Assembly (NCBI GenBank): GCA_963695555.1
Contig: CAVOGR010000007.1
Span: 128,001-192,000 of the forward strand
Origin: an uncultured Gemmatimonadales bacterium
GTDB lineage: Bacteria > Gemmatimonadota > Gemmatimonadetes > Gemmatimonadales > GWC2-71-9
Direction of reading: 5' to 3'
DNA: 64,000 nucleotides
The translations under genes and the position numbers were made by a program. This document shows positions 21,369 to 31,723 of this stretch, in pieces. Every line of letters begins with the position of its first letter. The first letter of the stretch is position 1. The notes beneath the pieces were generated by a model, which saw only the letters and a program-made list of their open reading frames with translations, did no database searches and was not told the origin of the DNA.

Positions 21369-22111
21369 GGGTCAACGATCCTTGCCCGGTGCAGCAAGGC
21401 GCGGACGTACTCGGTGGCGGGAGCGCGACGGAGCTCGTTCGACGAGGCCGATTGCTCCACCCGTCCTTCCCGGAGCACGGTGACGCGATCCGCCAGGGCC
21501 AGCGCTTCGTGCAGATCGTGGGTGACCAGCATGCAGGTGAGCCTCAAATCGCGCCGCATGGTGTCGAATGACTCCTGCAAGTCGGCCCGGGTAATGGCAT
21601 CCAGGGCCCCAAACGGCTCGTCCATCAGAATCACGTCGGGCCCTGCCGCGAGCGCGCGGGCAACCGCCACCCGCTGCCGTTGCCCCCCCGATAGCTCGCG
21701 CGGCCAGCGCTTGCCGAAAGTCGTTGGATCGAGTCCCACCAGCTCCAGAGCCCGGTTGGCCCGGTCGGTTCGATCGTCACGTCCCTCGAGCCAGGGTACC
21801 AGCTCGACGTTCCGGCCCACCTGCCAATGCGGGAGGAGGCCGCCCTCTTGGGGTACGTAGCCGATGCGGCGGCGGAGAGCGACCGGGTCGAGGCCTGTGA
21901 CGTCCGCGCCTTCGAACGTGACCGTTCCACTGTCGGGTGATGTCAACCGGTTGAAGCAGCGGAGCAAGGTGGTCTTGCCCGATCCGCTCTCGCCGATCAG
22001 CGCATGACACTCGCCTCTCGCCACCTCGACCGACACACGATCGAGCGCGACGAGACTGTCGTAGTTCTTGGAAACCTCGGACGTAGCGAGAACGGTGCCG
22101 GGTACCGTCAT
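21365..22111 (-). CDS. ABC transporter ATP-binding protein (OpuA/ProV/EgtV-like)
   Basis: GESGSGKT, LSGGQ, MDEPFGALD, VTHD. Confidence 0.93.
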   Translation of the reverse strand: MTVPGTVLATSEVSKNYDSLVALDRVSVEVARGECHALIGESGSGKTTLLRCFNRLTSPDSGTVTFEGADVTGLDPVALRRRIGYVPQEGGLLPHWQVGRNVELVPWLEGRDDRTDRANRALELVGLDPTTFGKRWPRELSGGQRQRVAVARALAAGPDVILMDEPFGALDAITRADLQESFDTMRRDLRLTCMLVTHDLHEALALADRVTVLREGRVEQSASSNELRRAPATEYVRALLHRARIVDP

Positions 22112-22140
22112 GGAGGACCGTGGGGCTGTCTCTTCCCTGA

Positions 22141-23403
22141 TCAGCCTGCGGGTGAGGTCGCTACCAGCTCGTCGAGGGCTTCGTCAGCCGGGGCACGTCC
22201 CTGCCTCGTGTAGCGCTCGAAGAATGCCCGGGTAACCTCGACGTCCCGCCCGGCGATGAACTCCTGCCCAAAGCGGCCGCATCCTTCCAAGGCAATTGCG
22301 AACAGGTCCGAGGCCACGTCGGCGATGTCCGGATCTGCCAAGCCATCGATTCCGGCGCGGAGGAGGAGCTCAGGATCGGGGGGGCCGATGAGATCGGCCG
22401 CTGCATGCAGGCTCGCATGATCGTACACTATACCGGCGAGGAAGCAGATCGGCACGGCGTACCACTTGGGCGGAAGCGCGTCGACCGAGCGGTATTCGAG
22501 ATACCCCCTCGGTCGGACTTCGGGAAACAGGGTGGTGAGATGCGCGTGCCAATCGTCGAGGCTGGCCCCGCCCTGGGCCCACCACCAGCCAAACGGACGG
22601 TAGGCGTCACGCTCGAGCGGCAGCAACATGGCCGGCGCGTTCAGGGCAAATTGGAGATACTCTTCGACCGCGTCGCCCGATTGCGCCAGGAGTCCGGTCC
22701 GGCTGGAATCCGTGGTGCGCCACGTCTCCGCCCGGTAGCTCTGGCATCCGGTGGGAACGCCCCGATAGATCGGAGAATTGGCGAAAATGGCGGTGACGTA
22801 CGGGGCCGACGCGTTCAGGACCGCCCACCGCAGCATCGGTTCCTCCAAGAAATCGAGGTTCACCTGGATGGCGGCGGTTTGACGCATCATGCGCACACCG
22901 GTCCCACCACGCGCCTCGAAATAGGCCGTCATCTTCCGATATCGAGGGGCGGACAGCTGGAGCGGCACCTGGGCGAGGTCGTTCAGGGGGTCGATGCCCG
23001 TCGGGAGCATGGTAATGCCGGCATCTGATGCCGCCCGCACCAGCGGCTGCATGGCATTCTCCATGTGCGGCATGAGCTCCGTGATCGAGCGGCACCGGGG
23101 AGAACTGTACTCCAGCTGACCGCCAGGTTCCGGTGTCAACGTCCCTCCATCGGGAAGGCGAAACATCCACACACCGCTGGGATGCCGCGCCTCGACCCAA
23201 TCCCGGGAAGCACCATAGTGGCGCAGGAACGCGAGGCTCGAGCGACCCGACTCGGACTCGAACCGGCATACGGTACCTGAGTCGGTGTCGACGGGGATGA
23301 CCTCGACCTCGGCTCCAATGCCCCGGAGAGGCCTTTGCCGCTTGGGATGGAAGGCGTGCCGAGTCAGGTCGGCGGCGAGAGGATCAGTGGCTCGGGTGGT
23401 CAT
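22141..23403 (-). CDS. egtA: Glutamate--cysteine ligase, EgtA-like
   Basis: IGAEVE, EPGGQLEYS, MMRQTAAIQVNLD, HLTTLFPEVRPRGYLEYR; ATGA-coupled to egtD. Confidence 0.85.
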   Translation of the reverse strand: MTTRATDPLAADLTRHAFHPKRQRPLRGIGAEVEVIPVDTDSGTVCRFESESGRSSLAFLRHYGASRDWVEARHPSGVWMFRLPDGGTLTPEPGGQLEYSSPRCRSITELMPHMENAMQPLVRAASDAGITMLPTGIDPLNDLAQVPLQLSAPRYRKMTAYFEARGGTGVRMMRQTAAIQVNLDFLEEPMLRWAVLNASAPYVTAIFANSPIYRGVPTGCQSYRAETWRTTDSSRTGLLAQSGDAVEEYLQFALNAPAMLLPLERDAYRPFGWWWAQGGASLDDWHAHLTTLFPEVRPRGYLEYRSVDALPPKWYAVPICFLAGIVYDHASLHAAADLIGPPDPELLLRAGIDGLADPDIADVASDLFAIALEGCGRFGQEFIAGRDVEVTRAFFERYTRQGRAPADEALDELVATSPAG

Positions 23404-24368
23404 GACGCGCCTTCGGCAAGCGCGAGGGCGAACCATTCCTTGGCGTCGGTCTTCCACTTGGTCAGCCGCAGGCCGGCGGCCTCGAGGAGGGCTGCAATGC
23501 TCTCCCGGTCGTACTTGCAGCTGATCTCGGTCCGGAGCTGCTCATTCTGCTTGAATCGGACCGCCCCGATGCCGGGAATCGTGACGCGCTGCTCCTGCAG
23601 AGAGTCCAGATACATCTCGATCCGGTGCGCATTCGCGTTGTAAACGGCACGGTGCCGGAACTGCTCGAGATCGAAATCGGCACCGAGCATGCGGTTGAGC
23701 ACGCGCAGCACATTGCGATTGAACTCGGCAGTCACTCCCTCCACATCATTGTACGCGGCCTCCAATACGCCCGAATCCTTGCGCAGATCGATGCCGAGCA
23801 GGAAGTAGTCGCCGCGATTCATGGCGGCGTGAATGCGCCGGAGCAGTCCTGCGGCCTTCTTCGGGCGGAAATTGCCGATCGTGCTTCCGAGGAAGGCAAA
23901 CAGGTGGGGCGAAGGAAGCGCGGTCGGGAGCACCAGCGGATCGGCCAGGTCCGCCACGGTTGGGAGCACCTTGAGTCCCGAGTACTCCAGCCGGAGGCGG
24001 TCGGCGGAGGCCTCGAGAAACTCGGCGCTCACGTCGATCGGTACGTAGACCACCGGCGAGTGGTCGGCCAGCATCGCATCGAGGATCACGCGTGCCTTCT
24101 CGCCGCTGCCCGCTCCTAACTCCACCAACGTGCGGACGCCAAGGTGGGGAATGAGCTCGGGCATCCAGGCATCGAGGATTTCACGTTCGGTCCGGGTGGG
24201 GTAGTACTCGGGTAGCTCGGTGATTCGTTCGAAGAGCTCGGACCCGCGATGATCGTAGAAGTACTTGGGCGGAATTTCTTTTGGCGACCGGGCGAGACCT
24301 GCCCGGATCTCCTCCGCCATGGAGGAGCCGATCGGAGCCCGTCGGGAGATGTTGGAACGGCTAGACAT
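23400..24368 (-). CDS. egtD: L-histidine N(alpha)-trimethyltransferase
   Basis: PKYFYD.RGSELFE.IT.LPEYYPTRTE, ELGAGS, FLGSTIGN, AYND..GVTAEFN, TEISCKY. Confidence 0.95.
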   Translation of the reverse strand: MSSRSNISRRAPIGSSMAEEIRAGLARSPKEIPPKYFYDHRGSELFERITELPEYYPTRTEREILDAWMPELIPHLGVRTLVELGAGSGEKARVILDAMLADHSPVVYVPIDVSAEFLEASADRLRLEYSGLKVLPTVADLADPLVLPTALPSPHLFAFLGSTIGNFRPKKAAGLLRRIHAAMNRGDYFLLGIDLRKDSGVLEAAYNDVEGVTAEFNRNVLRVLNRMLGADFDLEQFRHRAVYNANAHRIEMYLDSLQEQRVTIPGIGAVRFKQNEQLRTEISCKYDRESIAALLEAAGLRLTKWKTDAKEWFALALAEGAS

Positions 24369-25668
24369 CGGCCGCACAGCGGAAGCCACTGAAGATCTGC
24401 CGCCGGATGGGGTAGTCCCAGTTCCGGAAGGTGCTCCGGATGGCGCCGGCGCGCGTGGCCCAGGAGCCGCCGCGCAGCACCTTGTACGCCGACCCGAAGA
24501 ACACCTCGGAATACTCCGGATAGGGATACGGCTGAAAGCCTGGATAGCCGGAGAAGTCGCTGCTGGTCCATTCCCACACGTCACCGATCATGCCATAGCA
24601 CCCCAGCAGTGAGACATTCCGAGCGAACGAGCCGATCACGGCGGTATCGAAGGCGGATTGATCGACGTTGGCCAGGTCGGGAGTTGGGGGCGCCTCGCCC
24701 CAGGGAAACGCCGCAGCTCGTCCCGTTGCCGGATCCCACGTGGCGGCAACCTCCCACTCGGCTTCGGTCGGCAACCGCTTGCCTGCAAACCGCGCATAGG
24801 CCTCTGCCTCATGGTAACACACATGGCACACCGGTTTGTTCCCCTCGATCGGCCCGGTGACGTCCATGACCCGCGTATGCCACGCTCCATCCCGCTGGAA
24901 CCAGTACTTCGGGGCGTTGACATCGGATTCCGTCCGCCAACGCCAGCCCTCGGGAGACCACAACTCCGGGCTGTCGTAGCCGCCCGCCGCCATGAACTCC
25001 AGGTACTCGCCGTTCGTCACCGGCGCGCAATCGATGCGAAACGGCCGGAGGTGCTCGTGGTGCCGGGGACCCTCGTTATCGTAAGCGGCGCGCCGGTCGT
25101 CGGTCCCGATTGAGACTTCACCGCCATCGAAGCGTGCCATACCGCTCGGTTCCAACTCTGGAGCGGGAAGACCACGCCGTGCCACTGGGTGATACGGCTC
25201 ACCCTGCTTCAGCTGGAGCACCTGCAGGATGGTCTCATTGTGCTGGTACTCGTGCTGTAGCACCATGTGATACACATATCCGTTGCGCAGCAACGGGTGA
25301 GCCGAGCCAAGATCCGCCCGGGCAAGACGGTCCAGCACCCGATGGCGGATGTCGGCCATGCTCCGGATGATCTCCGCGAGATCGGGAAGGTTCAACGACG
25401 CGCGCTCGCTCCGCGGGTGTTCCATGGGGTTGAACAGCCCAGGCATCTCCACGAACTTGATTTCATCGTCCACATTCCGGGTCAGCCACAGCTCCTCGAA
25501 GTGCGCGATGTGGCCGAGGTCCCAGAGGATCGGGCTCATGAGCGGGTCGTGCTGAATGCTGAGATCCTCGCGTGTGAGCGGGCGCAGCAGCTCGAGCGTG
25601 CGGGCCCGCGCTCATCCAGCCGTTCGGCGATGTGGTCGTTGAGTGAGGACGTCGTGCTCGAGGGACAT
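24361..25668 (-). CDS. egtB: Hercynine oxygenase (type I sulfoxide synthase); two compensating indels near the N-terminus
   Basis: SPILWDLGH, HEYQH iron ligands, FGE-like domain RLPTEAEWE and GDVWEW, RNWDYPIRRQ. Correcting an extra base near 25663 and a missing base near 25611 gives MSSSTTSSLNDHIAERLDEARARTLELL. Confidence 0.92.
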
Positions 25669-25891
25669 CGGGGATGGGACTCCGCGCTGAACCGGAAGTC
25701 TAGGGAATCTGGCCGGCTGCGTCGGATGTGCAAGGCCGGTGCATGGTGTCAGGGGCACGTCCATGGCACCGCGAGCCTCGACCGCGGCGGCACCCACCGA
25801 GAACGTATCCAGAATCGGTGCCGGCGATTATGATGATGGGAGTCCTCGCGAACCACCGCTCAGCCGGAGTCCAGACCACCAGGAGTCCAGC

Positions 25892-27523
25892 ATGATACGC
25901 CGAGATTTTCTCCATCGAGGCACCGTTGCTGCCGGCATCCTCGGCATCCATCCATGGGGCAGACGGTTTGGCGACTGGGTTGGAGCACTCACCCCGATTC
26001 CGACCGCCGACAAGAAGCGCCTCGCCGACGTGGCCCTCGAGGCCGCCCGCTCGGCCGGGGCGAGCTATACGGACGTGCGCATCGGCCGATACCTGAACGA
26101 GTCGCTGAGCGCCAGGGAAACCAACATTCAGAGCATAACCACCAGCGAGTCCTATGGCGCCGGCATTCGCGTCATTGCGGACGGTACCTGGGGGTTTGCC
26201 GCTACCAATGATGTGACGGAAGACGGAATGGCCGCGGCCGCGCGTCAGGCGGCCGCGATGGCCAAGGCCAATGCGCCACTTCAATCCGAACCGGTCAGGT
26301 TGGCCGCCCAACATGGCTTCGGCGAGGTATCGTGGCGCACGCCCATCGAGACCAATGCCTTCGAGGTGCCGATCGGGGAGAAGGTCGACCTCCTGCTCGA
26401 GACCAACAATGCGGCGCTGTCCGCCGGAGCGAGCTATATCAGCTCGGCGCTCTATTTCGTCAATGAGCAGAAATACTTCGCCTCGAGCGACGGATCGTAC
26501 ATCGACCAGGACGTCCACCGTCTTCGACCTGGCTTCACGGTCACGGTGGTGGATCCCGAGTCTGGTCGCTTCGAGACCCGTGAATTCCTTAGCTCACCCA
26601 TGGGGATGGGCTACGAGTACCTCTCCGGAAGAGCGAGCGGCAAGATCGCGGGGCCAGCTACCACGGTCTACGGTCAGTATTACGACATGATCGAGGACGC
26701 CAGGAACGCGGCAGTCGAGGCCCGCGCGAAACACGACGCGACCTCCGTCGCGGCCGGGACATACGACCTCGTGCTCGACCCCAGTCATCTCTGGCTCACC
26801 ATCCACGAATCGGTGGGCCACCCGTTGGAACTCGATCGCGTGCTCGGCTATGAGGCGAATTACGCCGGGACCAGCTTCGCCAGTCTCGACAAGTGGCGGA
26901 GCAAGAGTTTCCAGTACGGCAGCCCGATCGTGAATTTTGTCGCCGACAAGACCCAGGCGACGTCGCTTGCCGCGGTGGGATACGACGACGAGGGCGTCCA
27001 GACCAAGCAGTGGGATCTGGTCCGGAATGGTATCCTGGTCAATTACCAAGCGACCCGTGATCAGGTGCACGTCCTCGGTGAGGCCGAAGGACAGGGATGC
27101 TCGTTTGCCGACCATTGGAGCACGATCCAGTTCCAGCGCATGCCCAACGTCTCGCTCGAGCCCGGCACGGCCCCGCTGACCGTCGCGGAGATGATCGCCG
27201 GCGTGGAGAAGGGCATCTATATCCTTGGGGACGGCTCGTACTCCATCGACCAGCAACGCTACAACTTCCAGTTTGGCGGCCAGCTGTTCTACGAAATCCG
27301 GAACGGTCGCATTGCCGGTATGCTGAAAGACGTGGCCTACCAAGCGAACACCCAGACGTTCTGGAACTCCTGCAGCCGAATCTGCGATCAGCGCGATTAT
27401 CGCCTGGGCGGGTCGTTCTTCGACGGGAAGGGCCAGCCCGGCCAGGTCAGCGCCGTCTCCCACGGGACGTCGACCGCGCGGTTCGATGCCGTCCATGTGC
27501 TGAATACGGCCCGAAAGGTCTGA
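25892..27523 (+). CDS. tldD: TldD family metalloprotease with twin-arginine signal
   Basis: AGGAG SD; MIRRDFL Tat motif; GIRV...WGFA; HESVGH; QRMPN. Confidence 0.9.
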   Translation: MIRRDFLHRGTVAAGILGIHPWGRRFGDWVGALTPIPTADKKRLADVALEAARSAGASYTDVRIGRYLNESLSARETNIQSITTSESYGAGIRVIADGTWGFAATNDVTEDGMAAAARQAAAMAKANAPLQSEPVRLAAQHGFGEVSWRTPIETNAFEVPIGEKVDLLLETNNAALSAGASYISSALYFVNEQKYFASSDGSYIDQDVHRLRPGFTVTVVDPESGRFETREFLSSPMGMGYEYLSGRASGKIAGPATTVYGQYYDMIEDARNAAVEARAKHDATSVAAGTYDLVLDPSHLWLTIHESVGHPLELDRVLGYEANYAGTSFASLDKWRSKSFQYGSPIVNFVADKTQATSLAAVGYDDEGVQTKQWDLVRNGILVNYQATRDQVHVLGEAEGQGCSFADHWSTIQFQRMPNVSLEPGTAPLTVAEMIAGVEKGIYILGDGSYSIDQQRYNFQFGGQLFYEIRNGRIAGMLKDVAYQANTQTFWNSCSRICDQRDYRLGGSFFDGKGQPGQVSAVSHGTSTARFDAVHVLNTARKV

Positions 27524-27525
27524 CC

Positions 27526-28842
27526 ATGACACTCATTTCCGAACGCGACGCGCGGCGTCTGCTCGAACGGGTCCTGGCGTTCTCGCGCGCCGACTCCTCG
27601 GAAGCTCGGGTCACGGGACGCCGTGGCGGTAACATCCGATATGCCAGAAACACGGTGACGACCAGCGGGAGCAGCGACAACGCCACTCTGAACGTGACCT
27701 CCACCTTCGGCAGGCGAAGCGGCACCGCGTCCATCAACGAGTTCGACACCGACAGCCTCGAGCGCGCCGTGCGGCGGTCCGAAGAATTGGCGCGGCTCGC
27801 GCCCGAGAACCCCGAGTTCATGCCGTTCCTGGGCCCCCAATCGTACGTCGACACCTCGCCCTGGGCCGATGCCACGGCGGCCATCACCCCCGAAGTCCGG
27901 GCCCGGGCCGCCGGGGCCGGCATCGCGGGTGCCAAGACCAGTGGGCTCGCCGCCGCGGGCTTCTGGGAGGATGAAGCGTCGACCCGCGCCCTCATGAATA
28001 CCGCAGGCCTGTTCGCCTACTCCCGGGACACAAACGTCGATTTCTCGGTCACGGCCCGCACGCCCGACGGCACCGGATCCGGCTGGGTGAGCCAGAGCTA
28101 CAATGACGTGTCCAAGCTCAACGCCGGGCAGGCCTCCGAGATCGCACACCAGAAGGCGATCGCCTCAAAGAACCCCACGACACTCGAGCCAGGGCGGTAC
28201 ACCGCGATTCTCGAGCCTGCCGCCGCGGCGCCACTGGTCGGCAACCTGCTCTACAACATGGACGCGCGGCAAGCGGACGAAGGCCGGAGCTTCTTGTCGA
28301 TGCCGGGCGGTGGGACCAAACTCGGCGAACGGGTCTTGGGGACGGACGTCACCATCGCGTCCGATCCGACCCACCCCGACGTGCCCACTACGGCATGGGC
28401 ATCCGACGGCCGGCCCCTCCGGCCCATCACCTGGATCAATCGCGGCGTGGTCGAGTCGCTGTTCTATTCCCGGTTCTGGGCCGACAAGCAAGGCGTCAGC
28501 GCCACGCCCCGACCGTCCAACATCATCCTGTCCGGCGGGACGGACTCGCTGGAGGACCTCATCGCCACCACCGAACGGGGCGTGCTGGTCACGCGGACAT
28601 GGTACATTCGGACGGTCGATTCGCAGACGCTTCTGTACACCGGGCTCACGCGAGACGGCACGTTCTGGATCGAAGGCGGAGTGGTGCGCCACGCCATCAG
28701 AAACTTCCGGTTCAACGAGAGCCCCATCGCCATGCTCAACAACGTCGAAGCCCTCGGTCGACCCGTCCGGACCGGCCGGCACATGATTCCGCCCATGCGT
28801 GTAAGCAATTTCACCTTTTCGAGCCTTTCCGATGCCATCTGA
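27526..28842 (+). CDS. TldE/PmbA family protein
   Basis: LEPGRYTAILEP, TGLTRDGTF, RNFRFN; no HExxxH; starts 2 nt after tldD. Confidence 0.88.
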   Translation: MTLISERDARRLLERVLAFSRADSSEARVTGRRGGNIRYARNTVTTSGSSDNATLNVTSTFGRRSGTASINEFDTDSLERAVRRSEELARLAPENPEFMPFLGPQSYVDTSPWADATAAITPEVRARAAGAGIAGAKTSGLAAAGFWEDEASTRALMNTAGLFAYSRDTNVDFSVTARTPDGTGSGWVSQSYNDVSKLNAGQASEIAHQKAIASKNPTTLEPGRYTAILEPAAAAPLVGNLLYNMDARQADEGRSFLSMPGGGTKLGERVLGTDVTIASDPTHPDVPTTAWASDGRPLRPITWINRGVVESLFYSRFWADKQGVSATPRPSNIILSGGTDSLEDLIATTERGVLVTRTWYIRTVDSQTLLYTGLTRDGTFWIEGGVVRHAIRNFRFNESPIAMLNNVEALGRPVRTGRHMIPPMRVSNFTFSSLSDAI

Positions 28843-28864
28843 TACGAACCGACTGCGCTGCGCG

Positions 28865-29374
28865 ATGTCCTGGGCCGTCCTGGTAAGCCTCACGGTCCTC
28901 GTCACCACCAATCTGACCGCACAGGCGCGCCGGGGGCGGGCGCCAAATACCCTCGAGCGCACCATCGAGGCCGGCATCCGTACCGGGTACGACTTCGACA
29001 CCGATGACTGGGCGCTCGGCCTTCAGGTCCGACTCCCAATCGCCAGTATCATCGAGCTCATCCCGAGCGGTGACTATTTCCTGGTAGACAACGGCAGCAG
29101 CTTCCAGGTCAACGCCGATCTCGCCGTGCCTCTCGCACCCCGCGGGGCACTCTACGGCGGCGCCGGTGGCGGATTCTTCGTTCGCGACCCGGGGCTCCCC
29201 GGAGTCGATACCCGGACGAAGCTGGGGCTCAACCTGTTCGTGGGGCTCGAGCCTGGACGGCTCCGGCAGTCCCGGCTTCGCTGGTTCGCCGAGGCACGCT
29301 GGTTCGTGATCGAGGGGGATAACCTGTTTCGCCTGGCGGTCGGGGTGAACTTCCCGTTGGGCGGGCGGCGCTAA
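28865..29374 (+). CDS. Small outer-membrane beta-barrel protein
   Basis: Signal peptide; strands YGGAGGG, GLNLFVGL, FAEARW, LAVGVNF. Start may be 28832. Confidence 0.7.
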   Translation: MSWAVLVSLTVLVTTNLTAQARRGRAPNTLERTIEAGIRTGYDFDTDDWALGLQVRLPIASIIELIPSGDYFLVDNGSSFQVNADLAVPLAPRGALYGGAGGGFFVRDPGLPGVDTRTKLGLNLFVGLEPGRLRQSRLRWFAEARWFVIEGDNLFRLAVGVNFPLGGRR

Positions 29375-29413
29375 TCTTCCAGCGACCCCCCGCGTCGGCC
29401 CTCGCCGGCTCGC

Positions 29414-31522
29414 TTAGGGAATGGCGATCATCACGCGCCCATCCACGGCCGTGACCCCGTCCGCAAAGGCCAGGAGCGGGTTGATGTCCAGCTCACGGAT
29501 CTCCTTGTTGTCGATCGCCAGCTGGGAGACGCGGAGCAGCACCTCCTCTAACGCGGCGAGGTTGGCGGGGGCCTGACCGCGAATGCCTGTCAGAATCTTG
29601 AACCCGCGGAGCCCGCGCACCATGTCGCACGCGTCGTTTTGTGACAGCGGGGCAATCCGGAACAGGACGTCCTGAACCGCCTCCACCAGCACTCCACCCA
29701 ATCCAAACATCACCATCGGTCCGAACGAAGCGTCGCGGGTCACGCCGACGATGGTTTCTCGCCCACCCTTCACCATGCGCTGCACCAACACGCCGCTGAT
29801 CGTCGCGTCGGGGCTGGTTGCCCGTACACTTGCGACGATCTGATCGAAGGCCTCGCGGACCTCGTGCGCCTCATCGCACCCGAGCACCACACCGCCCACG
29901 TCGGTCTTATGGATGACTTCCGGTGACACGATCTTCAGGGCCACCGGGTACCCGAGCTCCTCGGCGATGGCCGCCGCCTGTTGGGCGCTGCTGGCGAGCC
30001 GCGCCGGCGCCACGGGAATACCATAGGCATCGAAGACGTCGAGCGTATCGATCTCGCTCAGCTTGCTGAGGCCTGCCGTGACCGCGCGATCGAGAATGGT
30101 GCGCGCCCGAGCCGCGTTCACCGAATAGACCGGCGTCTCGAGCGGAGGACGCTCCTTCCATTCCCGATACCGACAGAGGGTCGCCAAGGCGCGAGCCGCC
30201 GACTCGGGAAAGATGTACGCCGGGATGCCCACCTCGTGAAGCTCGGCCTTCCCCTGGGGGAGCCCCTCACGACCCATGAGGACTCCCAGCACCGGCTTGT
30301 CCTTGTGGATCAGTCCGATTTCGGCAATGGCTTCGGCGACATCCGCTTGCTTGATGCCGAGGGGAGGCACGAAGATGGCCATGGCAGAGTCGATGTTGGG
30401 GTCGCTCAGGAGCGCATCGAGTGCCGCCCGATAGCCCGATGGCTTGGCCGAGGCGATCATGTCCAGGGGATTGCCGATGGAGGCCTCGGCTGGAAAGTGC
30501 GGCCGGAGCCGCTCGAGCGTCTCGGGCTGGAGGCGGGGAAGCTCGAGCCCGTTCATCACCAGCGCGTCGGCGGCGAGAATACCCGGCCCGCCGGAATTGG
30601 TCATCACGGCGGTACGCCGGGACTTCGGCAGCGGCTGGCCGCTGAACGCCATCGCGATATCGAAGACCTCTTCCACCGAGCCCGCGCGGATCACCCCCGC
30701 CTGGTGCATCAGGGCGTCCACCGCCGTATCGCTCGCCGCCAGGGCGCCCGTGTGCGAGGAGGCCGCCTGGGCGCCAACCGCCGACCGGCCGGACTTCACC
30801 ACGATGATGGGCTTGTGTTTGGAAATACGCGTGGCGATCTCCAGGAAGTTCCGCGGATTGCCGAAGTTCTCGACGTACATCAGGATGGTGTCGACCGTGT
30901 CGTCATGCTCCCACTGCAGGAGCAAGTCGTTACCGCTCACGTCCGGCTTGTTTCCCATCGACACAAATTGCGAGATCCCGATGCCGTACTCGCTCGCGTA
31001 GTCGAGGACGCTCAGCCCCATCGCGCCAGACTGGGACACGAACGCCAACCGGCCGAACGGCGGCCAACTCGGCGCGAACGTGGCGTTCATGGAGAATTCC
31101 GGGTTCGCGTTCAGGACCCCCATGCAGTTGGGACCGATCATGCGCATCCCGTAGCGTCGAATAACCTTCACCAATTCCCGCTCGCGCTCCGCTCCTTCGG
31201 ATCCCACCTCCCGGAATCCGGCCGAGATGACCACCAATCCCTTCACCCCGTTCTGGCCGCACTCTTCGGCCGCGGGAATCACGGCTTGTTTGGGGACCAC
31301 GATGATGGCCAGATCCACCGGTTCGGGGACGGCGCCTATGCTCGGATAGGCCCGGACGGAATGGATGGCGTGCGCGTGAGGATTGACCGGATACACCGCT
31401 CCCGTAAAGCCGCGGCTGATCAGGTTGGCCAGAATCTCGTGGCCGATGGTGTAGCGAGACCGGGAGGCACCGATCACCGCGATGGTTTTGGGCTTGAGGA
31501 TGGAGTCGAGGGCGTTTGCCAT
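29414..31522 (-). CDS. ADP-forming acetate/acyl-CoA ligase, fused alpha-beta
   Basis: AVIGAS, GPNCMG, SQSG, SHTG (phospho-His), NPLD, HKTDVGGV, ELDINP; no GNAT domain. Confidence 0.9.
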   Translation of the reverse strand: MANALDSILKPKTIAVIGASRSRYTIGHEILANLISRGFTGAVYPVNPHAHAIHSVRAYPSIGAVPEPVDLAIIVVPKQAVIPAAEECGQNGVKGLVVISAGFREVGSEGAERERELVKVIRRYGMRMIGPNCMGVLNANPEFSMNATFAPSWPPFGRLAFVSQSGAMGLSVLDYASEYGIGISQFVSMGNKPDVSGNDLLLQWEHDDTVDTILMYVENFGNPRNFLEIATRISKHKPIIVVKSGRSAVGAQAASSHTGALAASDTAVDALMHQAGVIRAGSVEEVFDIAMAFSGQPLPKSRRTAVMTNSGGPGILAADALVMNGLELPRLQPETLERLRPHFPAEASIGNPLDMIASAKPSGYRAALDALLSDPNIDSAMAIFVPPLGIKQADVAEAIAEIGLIHKDKPVLGVLMGREGLPQGKAELHEVGIPAYIFPESAARALATLCRYREWKERPPLETPVYSVNAARARTILDRAVTAGLSKLSEIDTLDVFDAYGIPVAPARLASSAQQAAAIAEELGYPVALKIVSPEVIHKTDVGGVVLGCDEAHEVREAFDQIVASVRATSPDATISGVLVQRMVKGGRETIVGVTRDASFGPMVMFGLGGVLVEAVQDVLFRIAPLSQNDACDMVRGLRGFKILTGIRGQAPANLAALEEVLLRVSQLAIDNKEIRELDINPLLAFADGVTAVDGRVMIAIP

Positions 31523-31723
31523 GGACGGAAAAATAACACGTCTCGGGTGCCAATTCCTGGTTGATAACAGCTGAGGCTGGATGAAACCCTCCATCGAGGG
31601 CCGCCGTCGGATGAGGGCAGTTCCGTGAATGCGACGCTGTACGCCTGAGGAACATCACCTAATTTTAGGAAGACCGCCCCCTCCCCTGTCGGATAAGCAG
31701 CCTGACCCTCTCCTGAGGTTCTG

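Noticed and set aside
25612..25614. In-frame TGA near the egtB start read as selenocysteine or as a sign of a selenoneine (senA) gene
   Set aside because: The alternative frame gives the expected IAERLDE-ARARTL helix, so two compensating indels explain it. No senB or selD gene is in the window.
29414..31522. Protein lysine acetyltransferase Pat
   Set aside because: No GNAT domain, and the catalytic SHTG His is retained.
29981..31564. Long antisense and alternate-frame ORFs (this one and many others in the track)
   Set aside because: Shadow ORFs expected in high-GC DNA; they overlap well-supported genes and carry no recognisable motifs.
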